In this document: piece by piece, positions 7,183-15,927 of the stretch
How positions within the stretch are numbered: the first letter of the stretch is position 1
Layout of the letters: each line of letters opens with the position of its first letter
Assembly (NCBI GenBank): GCA_041686025.1
Contig: JAWLEP010000042.1
Location: 1 to 20,539 of the forward strand
DNA length: 20,539 nt
Direction of reading: 5' to 3'
Origin: Candidatus Fermentibacteraceae bacterium
Lineage (GTDB): Bacteria > Fermentibacterota > Fermentibacteria > Fermentibacterales > JCC-6
Notes under the pieces: generated by a model
What the model was told of the DNA's origin: nothing
Databases searched by the model: none
The model's input: only the letters and a program-made list of their open reading frames with translations
Translations under genes and position numbers: made by a program

Positions 7183-9193
7183 CCTCGATTGGGAGACTCT
7201 CCTCAAGCTGGCCGGCCCCTGGCACGGCCTCGAAGAGGCACAGCGGCTTGCCTTTGAGAACGTAATGGACAAGGCCCCCCTCTCCTTCCACGAGGAGGAG
7301 CTGGGCTGCGGGTCCGCCGCCCTGGAGCGGGCGGGCATTCTTGAGCGCCTGCCGACGAAGCCTGACAGGCTCCGCCTGACACCCGCGGGCGACATGCTGA
7401 GGCGGCTGATCCGTCACCTGTCCAAAGCCCGCTCGCCCCTGGCCGAATCCAAGAATGAATGGACCATGGGGATGTACGTCCGGAGTGTCCTGACAGCCAG
7501 CGAGGCAGTCGGGCTGCTGGGGGGAGGCGGGCGTTACGAGAAACCGGGCTATGCCTCCGAAAGGCTTGCCCATCGTGCGATGCGGTCCTCCTGGCTCAGG
7601 GGCTTTCTCGAATCCCCGGGGCCGATGGACTGGGAACCCAGCTCGAACTGGCCGGAAGACCCCCTGTACGAGGGAGAGGATGACTTTCGGGCCTCACGCC
7701 GCCTGGTAGAGGAGCTGGACGCCGCAGGCGGCCGGCTTCCGCTGGACGACCTTGCGGAGAAGCTGGAGGACCTCGCCCCCGGGCCGCTGGCCGAGGGGCT
7801 TCGAAAAGCGCTGGCGGCGCTGCTGGTCTTTCCGCTGATCGACGACGGGCTCGTCATCGGCATGGGCATTCTTCCCTGGGTGCACTGCGAGCTGCACAGG
7901 GAGCCCGCCCGGCCGCCGGAGGACGTAGGCGCGGAGGGCCTCGAGGCGTCGGCGTTCCTGCTGGGGGACATGACGGCCTTTGTGGTCGAGGCGGCCGCGG
8001 AGCCGGTGAAGGTGCGGAAGAACGACGGCCGCATCTTCTCCAGGACGCTGGACCGGCTGACAGACAGCCTTCCGCCCCTCAGGGAGACCGTCCGCAGGAT
8101 CGTAAGCGATGACCCCGAGAACAGGCTGGGGTTCACCAGGCACGTTCTGCTGAAGACCGGCCTGCTGCGGAGGGATGTCTCCGAGGAGGGCCGAAGCGTC
8201 CTGGCGGTAACCCGACGGGGCAGGGAGTGGGTGGCGGGGACCAGGGAGAACCGCCTGCGCTGGGTGATTGACTGGGTCGGCAGTTACATGAGACACGGGG
8301 ATGCGACCGGGAACATATACCTTGAGGAGACGCACCGGGGGAGGGACTTTCCCGACTACTCGCCGCGGCTGTTCAGCCTCTACGGCCGTACCCCGGACGT
8401 GCGGGAGGACGTGCTCGGCGCGTTCGGCTACCTCGATGGGGTCGGAGCGGTACGGGTGGGCGAGCTGATCCGCTACCTGTCCCCGCCGGACAATCCGCTG
8501 GCCGCCCGGCTGGGGGAGAAGGCCGACGACTATTACAGGATGAGCGGCGCCTTCGGCTGCGGCATGGACGAGGAGGACATCATCGAGGAGTGGGCGGAGA
8601 CACTCCACCTCTTCCTGGTGAACGTGCTGCTGTCGCTGGGCTGCGTCGGCTGCCGCATCGACGGCAAAAAGCTGGTGGTGGGTCTCACCGATGCCGGACG
8701 GTATCTTCTGGGCCTGCGGGGGGACTTCAGCCTGGAGAGCGGCGAGGCGGCGGAGGTGGTGGTCCAGCCGGACTTCTCGGTTGTCTTCATGGCCCCGTCC
8801 CCGGGGGCGGAGGTTGTGCTCTCGCAGTTCGCCGAGCGGACCGGCCGGGAGGTGGGAGCCGTCTTCCGCATCACCGAGGAGGGGGTGATGAGGGCGGCGT
8901 CGGCCGGGATCGGCCCGAAGAGCATCCTCTCGGAGCTGGAGGCGCTGTCGCAGCGGAAGGTCCCCGAGAACGTCGTCCGCCAGATCGAGCAGTGGTGCGG
9001 CCGGTGCCGGAGGATCGGCAGGAAGTCGGTGATCCTCATCCGCTGCCCCGACGCCGAGACGGCCCTTCGCGTGAAGTCGGCGGGAAAGGGGAAGCTCGAG
9101 AGGCTGAACGACACCGACCTCGCCCTTGCCGACAGGAAGGCCCTGAAGACGATCACCCGGAAGCTGCGGGAGAAGGGCATCACCTTCGAGTAG
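7169..9193 (+). CDS. XPB-associated protein 2 (C-terminal Helicase_C_3-like domain)
   Basis: VVVQPDFSVV...LSQFAE...FRITEEGVMRAASAG...LEALSQRKVPENVVRQIEQW; 14-nt overlap with xpb. Confidence 0.85.
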   Translation: MKLFDLDWETLLKLAGPWHGLEEAQRLAFENVMDKAPLSFHEEELGCGSAALERAGILERLPTKPDRLRLTPAGDMLRRLIRHLSKARSPLAESKNEWTMGMYVRSVLTASEAVGLLGGGGRYEKPGYASERLAHRAMRSSWLRGFLESPGPMDWEPSSNWPEDPLYEGEDDFRASRRLVEELDAAGGRLPLDDLAEKLEDLAPGPLAEGLRKALAALLVFPLIDDGLVIGMGILPWVHCELHREPARPPEDVGAEGLEASAFLLGDMTAFVVEAAAEPVKVRKNDGRIFSRTLDRLTDSLPPLRETVRRIVSDDPENRLGFTRHVLLKTGLLRRDVSEEGRSVLAVTRRGREWVAGTRENRLRWVIDWVGSYMRHGDATGNIYLEETHRGRDFPDYSPRLFSLYGRTPDVREDVLGAFGYLDGVGAVRVGELIRYLSPPDNPLAARLGEKADDYYRMSGAFGCGMDEEDIIEEWAETLHLFLVNVLLSLGCVGCRIDGKKLVVGLTDAGRYLLGLRGDFSLESGEAAEVVVQPDFSVVFMAPSPGAEVVLSQFAERTGREVGAVFRITEEGVMRAASAGIGPKSILSELEALSQRKVPENVVRQIEQWCGRCRRIGRKSVILIRCPDAETALRVKSAGKGKLERLNDTDLALADRKALKTITRKLREKGITFE

Positions 9194-9213
9194 GCGGCCT
9201 CCGGGCCTCGGCT

Positions 9214-10083
9214 CTACGGCCCACCGGTCCTGCTGCGGATGTGTCTCTCGATGCCGGCGTAGAAGGCCAGGTTCACCGCCAGGCCCCAGACGGCGGTGAG
9301 CTGTGATCGGTTGAAGAGGAATATCTGGGTGATGAAGATGTTCACCAGAACCGCTCTCTTGAACCAGATGAATCCGCGGAGCGATGATCTTCGGAGAACA
9401 ACCACCCCGACTGCCACCAGCAGGCCGCTGATGAGCATGCCGACTATGGCGAGGCCGGACGCGTCCCTGGTGGGCAGCCAGTCGGGACTCTCGATGCCGA
9501 GGACAACTCCCAGCTGGGCCAGATTCAGGAGCACGAACGCGGCCATGAGAACGGTCACCACACCCTTCACCGCGATCACCCGCTCGAAGGCCCCTCCCAG
9601 CCTTCCGCTCAACGAGTCGTACCAGTGGAGCATTCTGGAGGGGGTGTCGCGCATGTCCCCCAGGTCCAGCCGGATTGCCTCGTTCACCTGTCTTTCCCGC
9701 TCCGAGAGGTCGTGTCTCTCCGACAGCCCCCGAAAGATCAGGTACAGGAGGATGAACAGCACGTATATCAGGGCGATTGTGGGTTTGTAGAAGTAGTCGC
9801 TGTCCTTCGTTATGAACTTCCCGAGCTCGTCGATGAACAGCCCGAAGCCCACTCCGCCCATGAACGCCGCCAGCCTCCGAACGGACGGGTTCCAGTATCG
9901 GAATGCGGTCACCAGGGCCGCCAGCATCAGAAGCCCGCCCCACAGCATGTGGGCTATGTGCAGCTGGCCCGGGGAGAGCTGTGGATATCCGGTGAGCGCA
10001 AGGAACGCCCGGCTGACGAGTATAGCTGCCACGGCCATTATCAGAAGCAGCTCCAGCAGGTTTCCGGTGTCCTGGTCGCGCAC
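9214..10083 (-). CDS. Uncharacterised integral membrane protein
   Basis: About 7 hydrophobic segments; motif-like HIAHMLWGG and GFGLFIDELGKFITKDSDYFY. Confidence 0.8.
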   Translation of the reverse strand: MRDQDTGNLLELLLIMAVAAILVSRAFLALTGYPQLSPGQLHIAHMLWGGLLMLAALVTAFRYWNPSVRRLAAFMGGVGFGLFIDELGKFITKDSDYFYKPTIALIYVLFILLYLIFRGLSERHDLSERERQVNEAIRLDLGDMRDTPSRMLHWYDSLSGRLGGAFERVIAVKGVVTVLMAAFVLLNLAQLGVVLGIESPDWLPTRDASGLAIVGMLISGLLVAVGVVVLRRSSLRGFIWFKRAVLVNIFITQIFLFNRSQLTAVWGLAVNLAFYAGIERHIRSRTGGP

Positions 10084-10271
10084 CAGGGGCTTTCGTCTCT
10101 TGGCCAGGGTCTACCTCTTTCCCATCCGGCGCCGCGCAGGCCGCGGGGACGGGCCGGCACTGCCGCGGGCAACGTCTCGACCTCTCCGGACAGCATGCTC
10201 GGATTCCCCTCCGATGGTCAACGGTCCAGAGCCGGGGTCCGTTGCAGCCGCCCGTACCCCGCCCTCATGAA

Positions 10272-10437
10272 GTGCTGCTGCGCCGTATCGGCCGATGGGA
10301 GACTTCCGCCGGCGTACGCCTGTAGTTGTGGGGCGCCGGTCTGTGTGATATGCTTGCCGAACCGGTCCCGCAGGACACTCGAATGGGTCCTCCCGGGGTC
10401 GGCGGAAGCGGTCGGGCAACGTGGGCCGGAGCTGCAC
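10272..10437 (+). ncRNA. Candidate rod-shaped structured RNA (6S-like or cis-regulatory leader)
   Basis: Nested helices 10272-79/10430-37, 10292-96/10411-15, 10303-13/10398-408 (11 bp), 10327-33/10366-72 and 10336-40/10361-65 around a large internal loop. Confidence 0.35.
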
Positions 10438-10452
10438 GAACGGGTGATGAGA

Positions 10453-11523
10453 ATGACGGACATGATGCGGGCCGTTATGCCCTACCTTGGCGGGCTGTGG
10501 ACGCTGCCGTGGATACCGGTGGGCTTCCTCGTAACCGTCCTCCTTTCCAGATGGCTCGGGGAGGAGCGGGTTCATGCGGGAATGCGCAGGACGGGCCTGG
10601 TTCTGCTGTTCGTGTTCATCCCGCTGCTGCTGTTCCGGATCTTCCTGAACATCGACTTCGGCCGGCAGGAGCTGTGCTTCGCCGCGGTTACCGTCGTGGT
10701 CCTGGTTCTGATGTACCTGATCTCCTGGATGTTCGGCCGGCTGGAGGCCGGGGACCTGGAGCTGCGGGGCGACAGACGTCGCACCTTCGTGAAGACCATA
10801 CTGACCAACCAGGGCCGCAGCGCCGCCTTCGTGGGCGGGATGATCCTGGCTATCGACGAATGGAGCGTTCCGGCCGCCATATACATCAGCCTGGTGGGGA
10901 TAGGGCTGTTCGCGGTGATTCCGCACATGCTCTCGGTGATGCACGACCGGGAGGTCCGGGACGGGGATTCGGAGAAGGTCAGCGCGCTGCCGTGGTCTCT
11001 GAGGATGTACCCCTGGTACCTCGTATCCTTTCCAGTGGCCGCGGTGGCCCTGCACGGACACACCGGGATCACCATGTCGGATCTGGGCGAGACGGGCATA
11101 GTGCTGCACTTCCTCAGCGCCCTGACCATCCCGGCCGGCCTGTACTACGTGGGCTCGGGCATGCATCCGGAGCAGCTGAGGCTGGGGGAGATGAGGAAGA
11201 TGTTCTCGCTGACCCGGGGCTCCTCTTCGGGGAGGGAGCTCCACTGGAGCATAGCCCGGAACTCCTTTTTCTCCACCCTGATCGTGACGCCGGCAGTGCT
11301 GTGCCTGATCTTCGGCGCTCTCATGTACGCCGGCCTCGTCGCGAAGGAGTGGTTCGCGGTGATAGTCCTGAACTCCATAATGCCCATCACCAGCACCAAC
11401 ATGTTCCTGGTCCCCTACGGCATAGACCGTCGGGGAACGGCCCTGGCCATCACCTGGACCACGCTGGTCTCGGTTCCCGTGCTGATACTGCTGATACCGG
11501 TCTTCGTGAGGTTCTTCACCTAG
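10453..11523 (+). CDS. AEC (auxin efflux carrier)-like membrane transporter
   Basis: About 10 TM segments; LFVFIPLLLF, TNQGRSAAFVG, IPAGLYYVG and MPITSTN fit the AEC two-repeat layout. Start at 10447 or 10453; the 9625 upstream extension overlaps another gene and is rejected. Confidence 0.7.
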   Translation: MTDMMRAVMPYLGGLWTLPWIPVGFLVTVLLSRWLGEERVHAGMRRTGLVLLFVFIPLLLFRIFLNIDFGRQELCFAAVTVVVLVLMYLISWMFGRLEAGDLELRGDRRRTFVKTILTNQGRSAAFVGGMILAIDEWSVPAAIYISLVGIGLFAVIPHMLSVMHDREVRDGDSEKVSALPWSLRMYPWYLVSFPVAAVALHGHTGITMSDLGETGIVLHFLSALTIPAGLYYVGSGMHPEQLRLGEMRKMFSLTRGSSSGRELHWSIARNSFFSTLIVTPAVLCLIFGALMYAGLVAKEWFAVIVLNSIMPITSTNMFLVPYGIDRRGTALAITWTTLVSVPVLILLIPVFVRFFT

Positions 11524-11577
11524 ACGCGACCGGCCTGCCGCTGCGGTGGCCCCTTCAGTGTTCGTTCCCGTTCCGGG

Positions 11578-13539
11578 TCACGACTCGCCCTCGGCGATGA
11601 CCACCAGCGTGTCGTCGGCGTCGACGTGGAAGACCCGCCTCTTGCCGGGGTTCAGCGTAATGCCGTAGTTCCTGCGCGAATCCGCACACGCCTTCATCTC
11701 CCGGAAGCCGATGCATATCTCGTCGCGCCCGGCGGCGGCCTCGATCATCGAGCCGAAGGGCACCTCCCGCGGCAGGTCCCGGAAGTAGAGCCGGGCGGGC
11801 TTGAGGTATATCTCGCTGCCGGCCTCGCTGAAGAGCTCCTCGTAGATCCCGGCGATGCCGGGCTGCTCGCTCAGCTGCGCCAGCAGCATGGTGATCATCC
11901 TGTTGCTGACGATGAAGTCGTCGGCCTCGGAGCTGGCCACCAGGTCCTCGTTCTCCGCCTTCATCACCTGGGTGATGATCTGGGCTCTGCGGCGGCCCTC
12001 GGGCAGCTCCCGGCGCAGCCTCCGCAGCAGGAGCAGGATCACCAGGGTGTCCGCGTCGATCTCCTCCGGCGAGACCGGTGTCTCGCTCTGCGCCAGGATG
12101 ATGACGTTGTCGTAGGCGAACGGGTCCACCGATGCCAGCGCGGCCTGATCCAGGGGTGAGCTGGATATCAGGTCTATCTCCAGGTGCGGGTGCTCCCCGC
12201 GAAGCCGGTTGACCAGCGCGACTGCCTGCCCGGAGGGCTCGCTGAGCATGATGTCGATCCTCGAGCCCTCGATCAGGTAGTCGGAGTACTCGTGGACAAG
12301 TACCGGCAGGGACGGGGACCAGCCCAGCAGAAGCTCCCGCTCGACGCGCTTCTCCAGCCTCTCTCCGGTGCCCTCGAGCTCCGGGAATGCTGCGAGCGGC
12401 TCGGGCCTGAGCTCCAGGCGGGAATCGTCCGTGGCCAGCACGATCGCGTCCTCACCGGGCCCCAGAGCGGTGCCCCGCGGCGGCCGCAGCGTGATGCCGC
12501 CGTCCCGGTGGCGGATCCCGAAGGGAACCCCGTCGTCGAGGTAGCGGTAGAGTTCGTGGAAGGGAAGGGAGTCCCAGCCGCCGCCGAAGAAGTATATCTC
12601 GCTGCCCTGGTAGGAGAAGATCTCCTCGTACACCACGGCCAGCCCGCTGCTGGTTCCATGGCTGCGCGATGTCTGCACCATGATCTTCCCCAGGACCCTC
12701 CAGCTGTTGATGCAGTTGAGCCTGTCGGAGTCGAACGAGCGTATGATGTCCCGCTTCTGCCCGGTGAAGACCTCGGAGACGATGCTCATTCGGCGTGCCT
12801 TTCCCCGTATGGCCTGCAGGGCGAGGATCGTCTTCAGGGCCATGGTGTCGGACATCCTGAGCCGCTCATCGGGGTCGGTCTCGGCCGCCCGGGACAGCAC
12901 GATCGCGGACCTGGCCTCCGCCGCGTTTACCCTCTTCAGGTCCCCGATCGACGTCGGGCTGCCGGTGCGGGTGACGATCTTCGTGTTCCCCGTGTCCGTG
13001 ACCGACCGCCAGATCTCGTCGTCCATCTTCTCCTTGTCCCTCTCGGCCAGGACGACGATGGCGGGGCTCGAGCGGCTCCTGTTGGCTATGATGAGCTCGT
13101 CGAAGAGGTCGAATATCCGGCTGTTCCAGCCCAGGACCAGCGAGTGGCCCCTCTCCATCACCGGGCTCCGCCCCTTGCGGAAGTTGAATATGACCTTCTC
13201 CATCCTGGTGTTGATGAAGGCGATGAGCATCGAGAAGAAGACCATTCCCACCAGGAGGGTGAAGAGCGCGGAGAGCTTCAGGCCCAGGGAGTGGTCGGCC
13301 ACCAGCTCCAGGACGTCCGAGCTGGTGTACTCCTGAAGCAGCACCCAGAAGTGCTTGCCCCAGGAGTCGAGGTCACCCTCGAACTCCGGGCTGACCGTCA
13401 GAACCGCCACCCGGATGGCGACCACCAGGATGAGAAACGCGAAGAACAGCACCAGCAGGCTGATGAAGACGGAGACCCAGCCCCGGGACATGAAGTTCTC
13501 GAACCTGTACCTGAGCCTCTGTCCGAGGGTGTGTCTCAT
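11578..13539 (-). CDS. CASTOR/POLLUX/SYM8-like cation channel with two RCK domains
   Basis: RLRYRFENFMSRG, TM-pore-TM, RKGRSPVMERGHSLVLGWN, RTGSP, SYQGSEIYF, ELLLGWS, DADTLVILLLLR, DDFIVSN, FSEAGSEIYLKP, LNPGK; GGAAGGA RBS. Confidence 0.9.
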   Translation of the reverse strand: MRHTLGQRLRYRFENFMSRGWVSVFISLLVLFFAFLILVVAIRVAVLTVSPEFEGDLDSWGKHFWVLLQEYTSSDVLELVADHSLGLKLSALFTLLVGMVFFSMLIAFINTRMEKVIFNFRKGRSPVMERGHSLVLGWNSRIFDLFDELIIANRSRSSPAIVVLAERDKEKMDDEIWRSVTDTGNTKIVTRTGSPTSIGDLKRVNAAEARSAIVLSRAAETDPDERLRMSDTMALKTILALQAIRGKARRMSIVSEVFTGQKRDIIRSFDSDRLNCINSWRVLGKIMVQTSRSHGTSSGLAVVYEEIFSYQGSEIYFFGGGWDSLPFHELYRYLDDGVPFGIRHRDGGITLRPPRGTALGPGEDAIVLATDDSRLELRPEPLAAFPELEGTGERLEKRVERELLLGWSPSLPVLVHEYSDYLIEGSRIDIMLSEPSGQAVALVNRLRGEHPHLEIDLISSSPLDQAALASVDPFAYDNVIILAQSETPVSPEEIDADTLVILLLLRRLRRELPEGRRRAQIITQVMKAENEDLVASSEADDFIVSNRMITMLLAQLSEQPGIAGIYEELFSEAGSEIYLKPARLYFRDLPREVPFGSMIEAAAGRDEICIGFREMKACADSRRNYGITLNPGKRRVFHVDADDTLVVIAEGES

Positions 13540-13766
13540 GGCGTCCTTCCCGGGTGATCATTCCGGCGGCATATCCTTGCGGGCAGGTGCTGAATCGACG
13601 ATACGGGGGGTGCATCCTCCGGTCAACAAGAGGCAGGGCCCGCCGCCCCCGTTCCGGCCTGGTGTGATGCCAAGATTGCGCCCCCTGCGGTTTTGGGTTA
13701 TGCGATAGAAGGGAGGATTCCGTAAGGTCTTACCGGGGCATTGCCCCGACTTCATACGGAGGCAGC

Positions 13767-14366
13767 ATGCAAGTGGACAGAGATTCCGACGCCCTGATAG
13801 TGACGGACGTGCAGTACGACTTCCTGCCCGGCGGGGCTCTGGGAGTGGAGGGCGGAGACCGGGTGATACCAGTGATCAACCGGCTGATGCCCCTCTTCGA
13901 GCACGTGGTGCTCAGCCGGGACTGGCATCCGGCCGGCCACGTGAGCTTCAGCCGGGCCCCGGAGTTCGTGGACAAGTCGTGGCCCCGGCACTGCGTGCGG
14001 GGCACCCGCGGGGCGGAGTTCCACCGGGACCTGGAGAAGCCCGAGCGGGCCCTGGTGGTGAGCAAGGCCACCGACCCCGAGAAGGAGGCCTACAGCTGCT
14101 TTCAGGGCACCGGTCTGGCCGGGGAGCTGCGCGACAGGGGCGTGGAGAGGGTGTTCGTAACCGGCCTGGCCACAGACTACTGCGTGAGGTGGACGGCACG
14201 GGACGCCCTGAAGAACGGCTTCCACGCGGTGGTGGTCTCCGACGCCGTGGCCGGCATCGACGTCCCCGAGGGCAACGTGAAGAAGGCAGTGTCCGAGCTG
14301 AAGGAGCAGGGGGCGGTCTTCGTGGACTCTTCCGAGATCGTGGCTCCGGGAGCGGTGAAGAGCTGA
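13767..14366 (+). CDS. pncA: Nicotinamidase/pyrazinamidase
   Basis: DVQYDFLPGGAL, RDWHP..H, WPRHC, K..EAYSCF, GLATDYCV catalytic and metal motifs; GGAGG RBS. Confidence 0.95.
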   Translation: MQVDRDSDALIVTDVQYDFLPGGALGVEGGDRVIPVINRLMPLFEHVVLSRDWHPAGHVSFSRAPEFVDKSWPRHCVRGTRGAEFHRDLEKPERALVVSKATDPEKEAYSCFQGTGLAGELRDRGVERVFVTGLATDYCVRWTARDALKNGFHAVVVSDAVAGIDVPEGNVKKAVSELKEQGAVFVDSSEIVAPGAVKS

Positions 14367-15847
14367 TGGGCGAAGGATACTCCGGCCCTGAGAATGACTG
14401 GGTTGCCAGGAGGGGTCTGGCCCTTCTCACCGACCTCTACGAGCTGACCATGATAGGCGGCTACCACGCCAGGGACATGCACGAGAGGCCCGCCTGCTTC
14501 GAGTACTTCTTCCGCAGCCTGCCTCCGCACACGGGGTACGCCATCCTCGCCGGCGTCGACCCCTTCCTGCGGGCGCTGGAGGAACTGAGCTTCAGCGACG
14601 GGGACCTGGAGTACCTGGCCGGACAGGCGCAGTTCGGGAACGACTTCCTGGAGTACCTGGAGGGCTGGAGCCCCCGGGTCGACGTGCGGGCCCCCCTGGA
14701 GGGGACGGTGGTCTTTCCCTACGAGCCCGTGGTGCAGATGAGGGGGCCGCTGCTGGACGTGCAGCTGGTGGAGACCCTGCTGCTGAACATGCTCAACTAC
14801 CCCACCCTGGTGGCCACCAAGGCGGCCAGGATCTGCCTGGCCGCCGAGGGAGACCCGGTGATCGAGTTCGGGCTGCGCCGGGCCCAGGGGCCGGACGGGG
14901 GCCTGTCCGGGGCGCGTGCGGCCTACATCGGAGGCTGTACCGGCAGCTCCAACGTCCTGGCCGGCAAGCATTACGGCGTGCCGGTATCCGGTACCATGGC
15001 CCACAGCTGGGTGATGAGCTTCCCCACCGAGCTGGAGAGCTTCCGGGCGTACGTGGAGGCCTACCCCGAGAACCCGATACTGCTGGTGGACACCTACGAC
15101 ACCCTGGAGAGCGGGGTCCCCAACGCAATTCGGGTGTTCACGGAGATGCGGGAGGCGGGCAACGGGCAGCGGTTCGCCGTCAGGCTGGACTCCGGCGACC
15201 TGGCCAGGCTCTCCAAGGAGACCTTTCGTATGGCGGCGGACGCCGGTTTCGAAGATCCCCTCATAGTGGCCTCCAACGAGCTGGAGGAGGACCTGGTGGC
15301 GGACCTGAAGCGGCAGGGGGCCAAGATCAACGCCTGGGGGGTGGGGACCCACCTGATCACCTGCCGGGACCATCCCGCCCTGTCCGGCGTCTACAAGCTG
15401 GTGGCGGTGGAGGAGGACGGACGGTGGCAGCCCCGCCTGAAGGTTACCTCCAACGTGGCCAAGACCACCGACCCCGCGCCCAAGGTGCTGTGGCGCTGCC
15501 TGGACGCCGCGGGCCGTCCCCTGGGGGACATCATGGCCCTGGAGGGGGAGGAGCTGCCCGGGGAGGGCCGCATACCCGGCCTGGAAAGGGAGAGCATGAC
15601 CAGGCCCTACCCCGTGGAGGGTGTGGCCTCCCGGGAGCCGCTGCTGTCGCTGATGATGGAAGCCGGCAGGCGGCTGAGTGAACCCGAGCCCCTGGATGAT
15701 GTCCGGAGCAGGGCACAGCGGCAGATCGCCGGCCTGTTCGACGAGCTCAAGCGGCTGCGCAACCCCGAGATCTACCGGGTGCTGCTGTCCCCCGGGCTTG
15801 CGCAGCTGAAGCGTCGCATGATATCGGAGGCCAGGGGAATGGACTAG
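14366..15847 (+). CDS. pncB: Nicotinate phosphoribosyltransferase
   Basis: LLTDLYELTM, EFGLRRAQG, GTMAHSWV, LVDTYD, VRLDSGDL, GVGT, GVYKLV; TGATG overlap with pncA. Confidence 0.96.
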   Translation: MGEGYSGPENDWVARRGLALLTDLYELTMIGGYHARDMHERPACFEYFFRSLPPHTGYAILAGVDPFLRALEELSFSDGDLEYLAGQAQFGNDFLEYLEGWSPRVDVRAPLEGTVVFPYEPVVQMRGPLLDVQLVETLLLNMLNYPTLVATKAARICLAAEGDPVIEFGLRRAQGPDGGLSGARAAYIGGCTGSSNVLAGKHYGVPVSGTMAHSWVMSFPTELESFRAYVEAYPENPILLVDTYDTLESGVPNAIRVFTEMREAGNGQRFAVRLDSGDLARLSKETFRMAADAGFEDPLIVASNELEEDLVADLKRQGAKINAWGVGTHLITCRDHPALSGVYKLVAVEEDGRWQPRLKVTSNVAKTTDPAPKVLWRCLDAAGRPLGDIMALEGEELPGEGRIPGLERESMTRPYPVEGVASREPLLSLMMEAGRRLSEPEPLDDVRSRAQRQIAGLFDELKRLRNPEIYRVLLSPGLAQLKRRMISEARGMD

Positions 15848-15851
15848 AAGG

Positions 15852-15913
15852 GCCGGCCGCCGCCCAGGCGCAGGGGTCATGAACCGGCAAGGCCGGTCCG
15901 GGCAGCGGCCGGC
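15852..15913. terminator. GC-rich hairpin between convergent pncB and the CBS gene
   Basis: GCCGGCCGCcGCCC pairs with GGGCaGCGGCCGGC (13/14 bp), enclosing the inner hairpin ACCGGC-aag-GCCGGT; no U-tract. Confidence 0.45.
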
Positions 15914-15927
15914 TGGTGTTCCGGCGG

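Noticed and set aside
3573..9943. Long minus-strand ORFs (667, 431, 749 aa) opposite the XPB operon
   Set aside because: Antisense shadows of GC-rich genes; no recognisable motifs.
10260..10440. Lysine riboswitch (GCCGAA, GAAT loop, GGAG present)
   Set aside because: Lacks the 5' AGAGG and the GAAAGG elements; helix layout does not fit.
9625..10452. N-terminal 270+ aa of the 632-aa ORF, including a Cys-rich stretch
   Set aside because: Overlaps the opposite-strand membrane gene and intergenic DNA; transporter-like sequence begins only near 10453.
13979..14365. N-terminal extension of PncB or a PncA-PncB fusion
   Set aside because: Alternate frame inside pncA; PncB motifs start after the TGATG junction at 14366.
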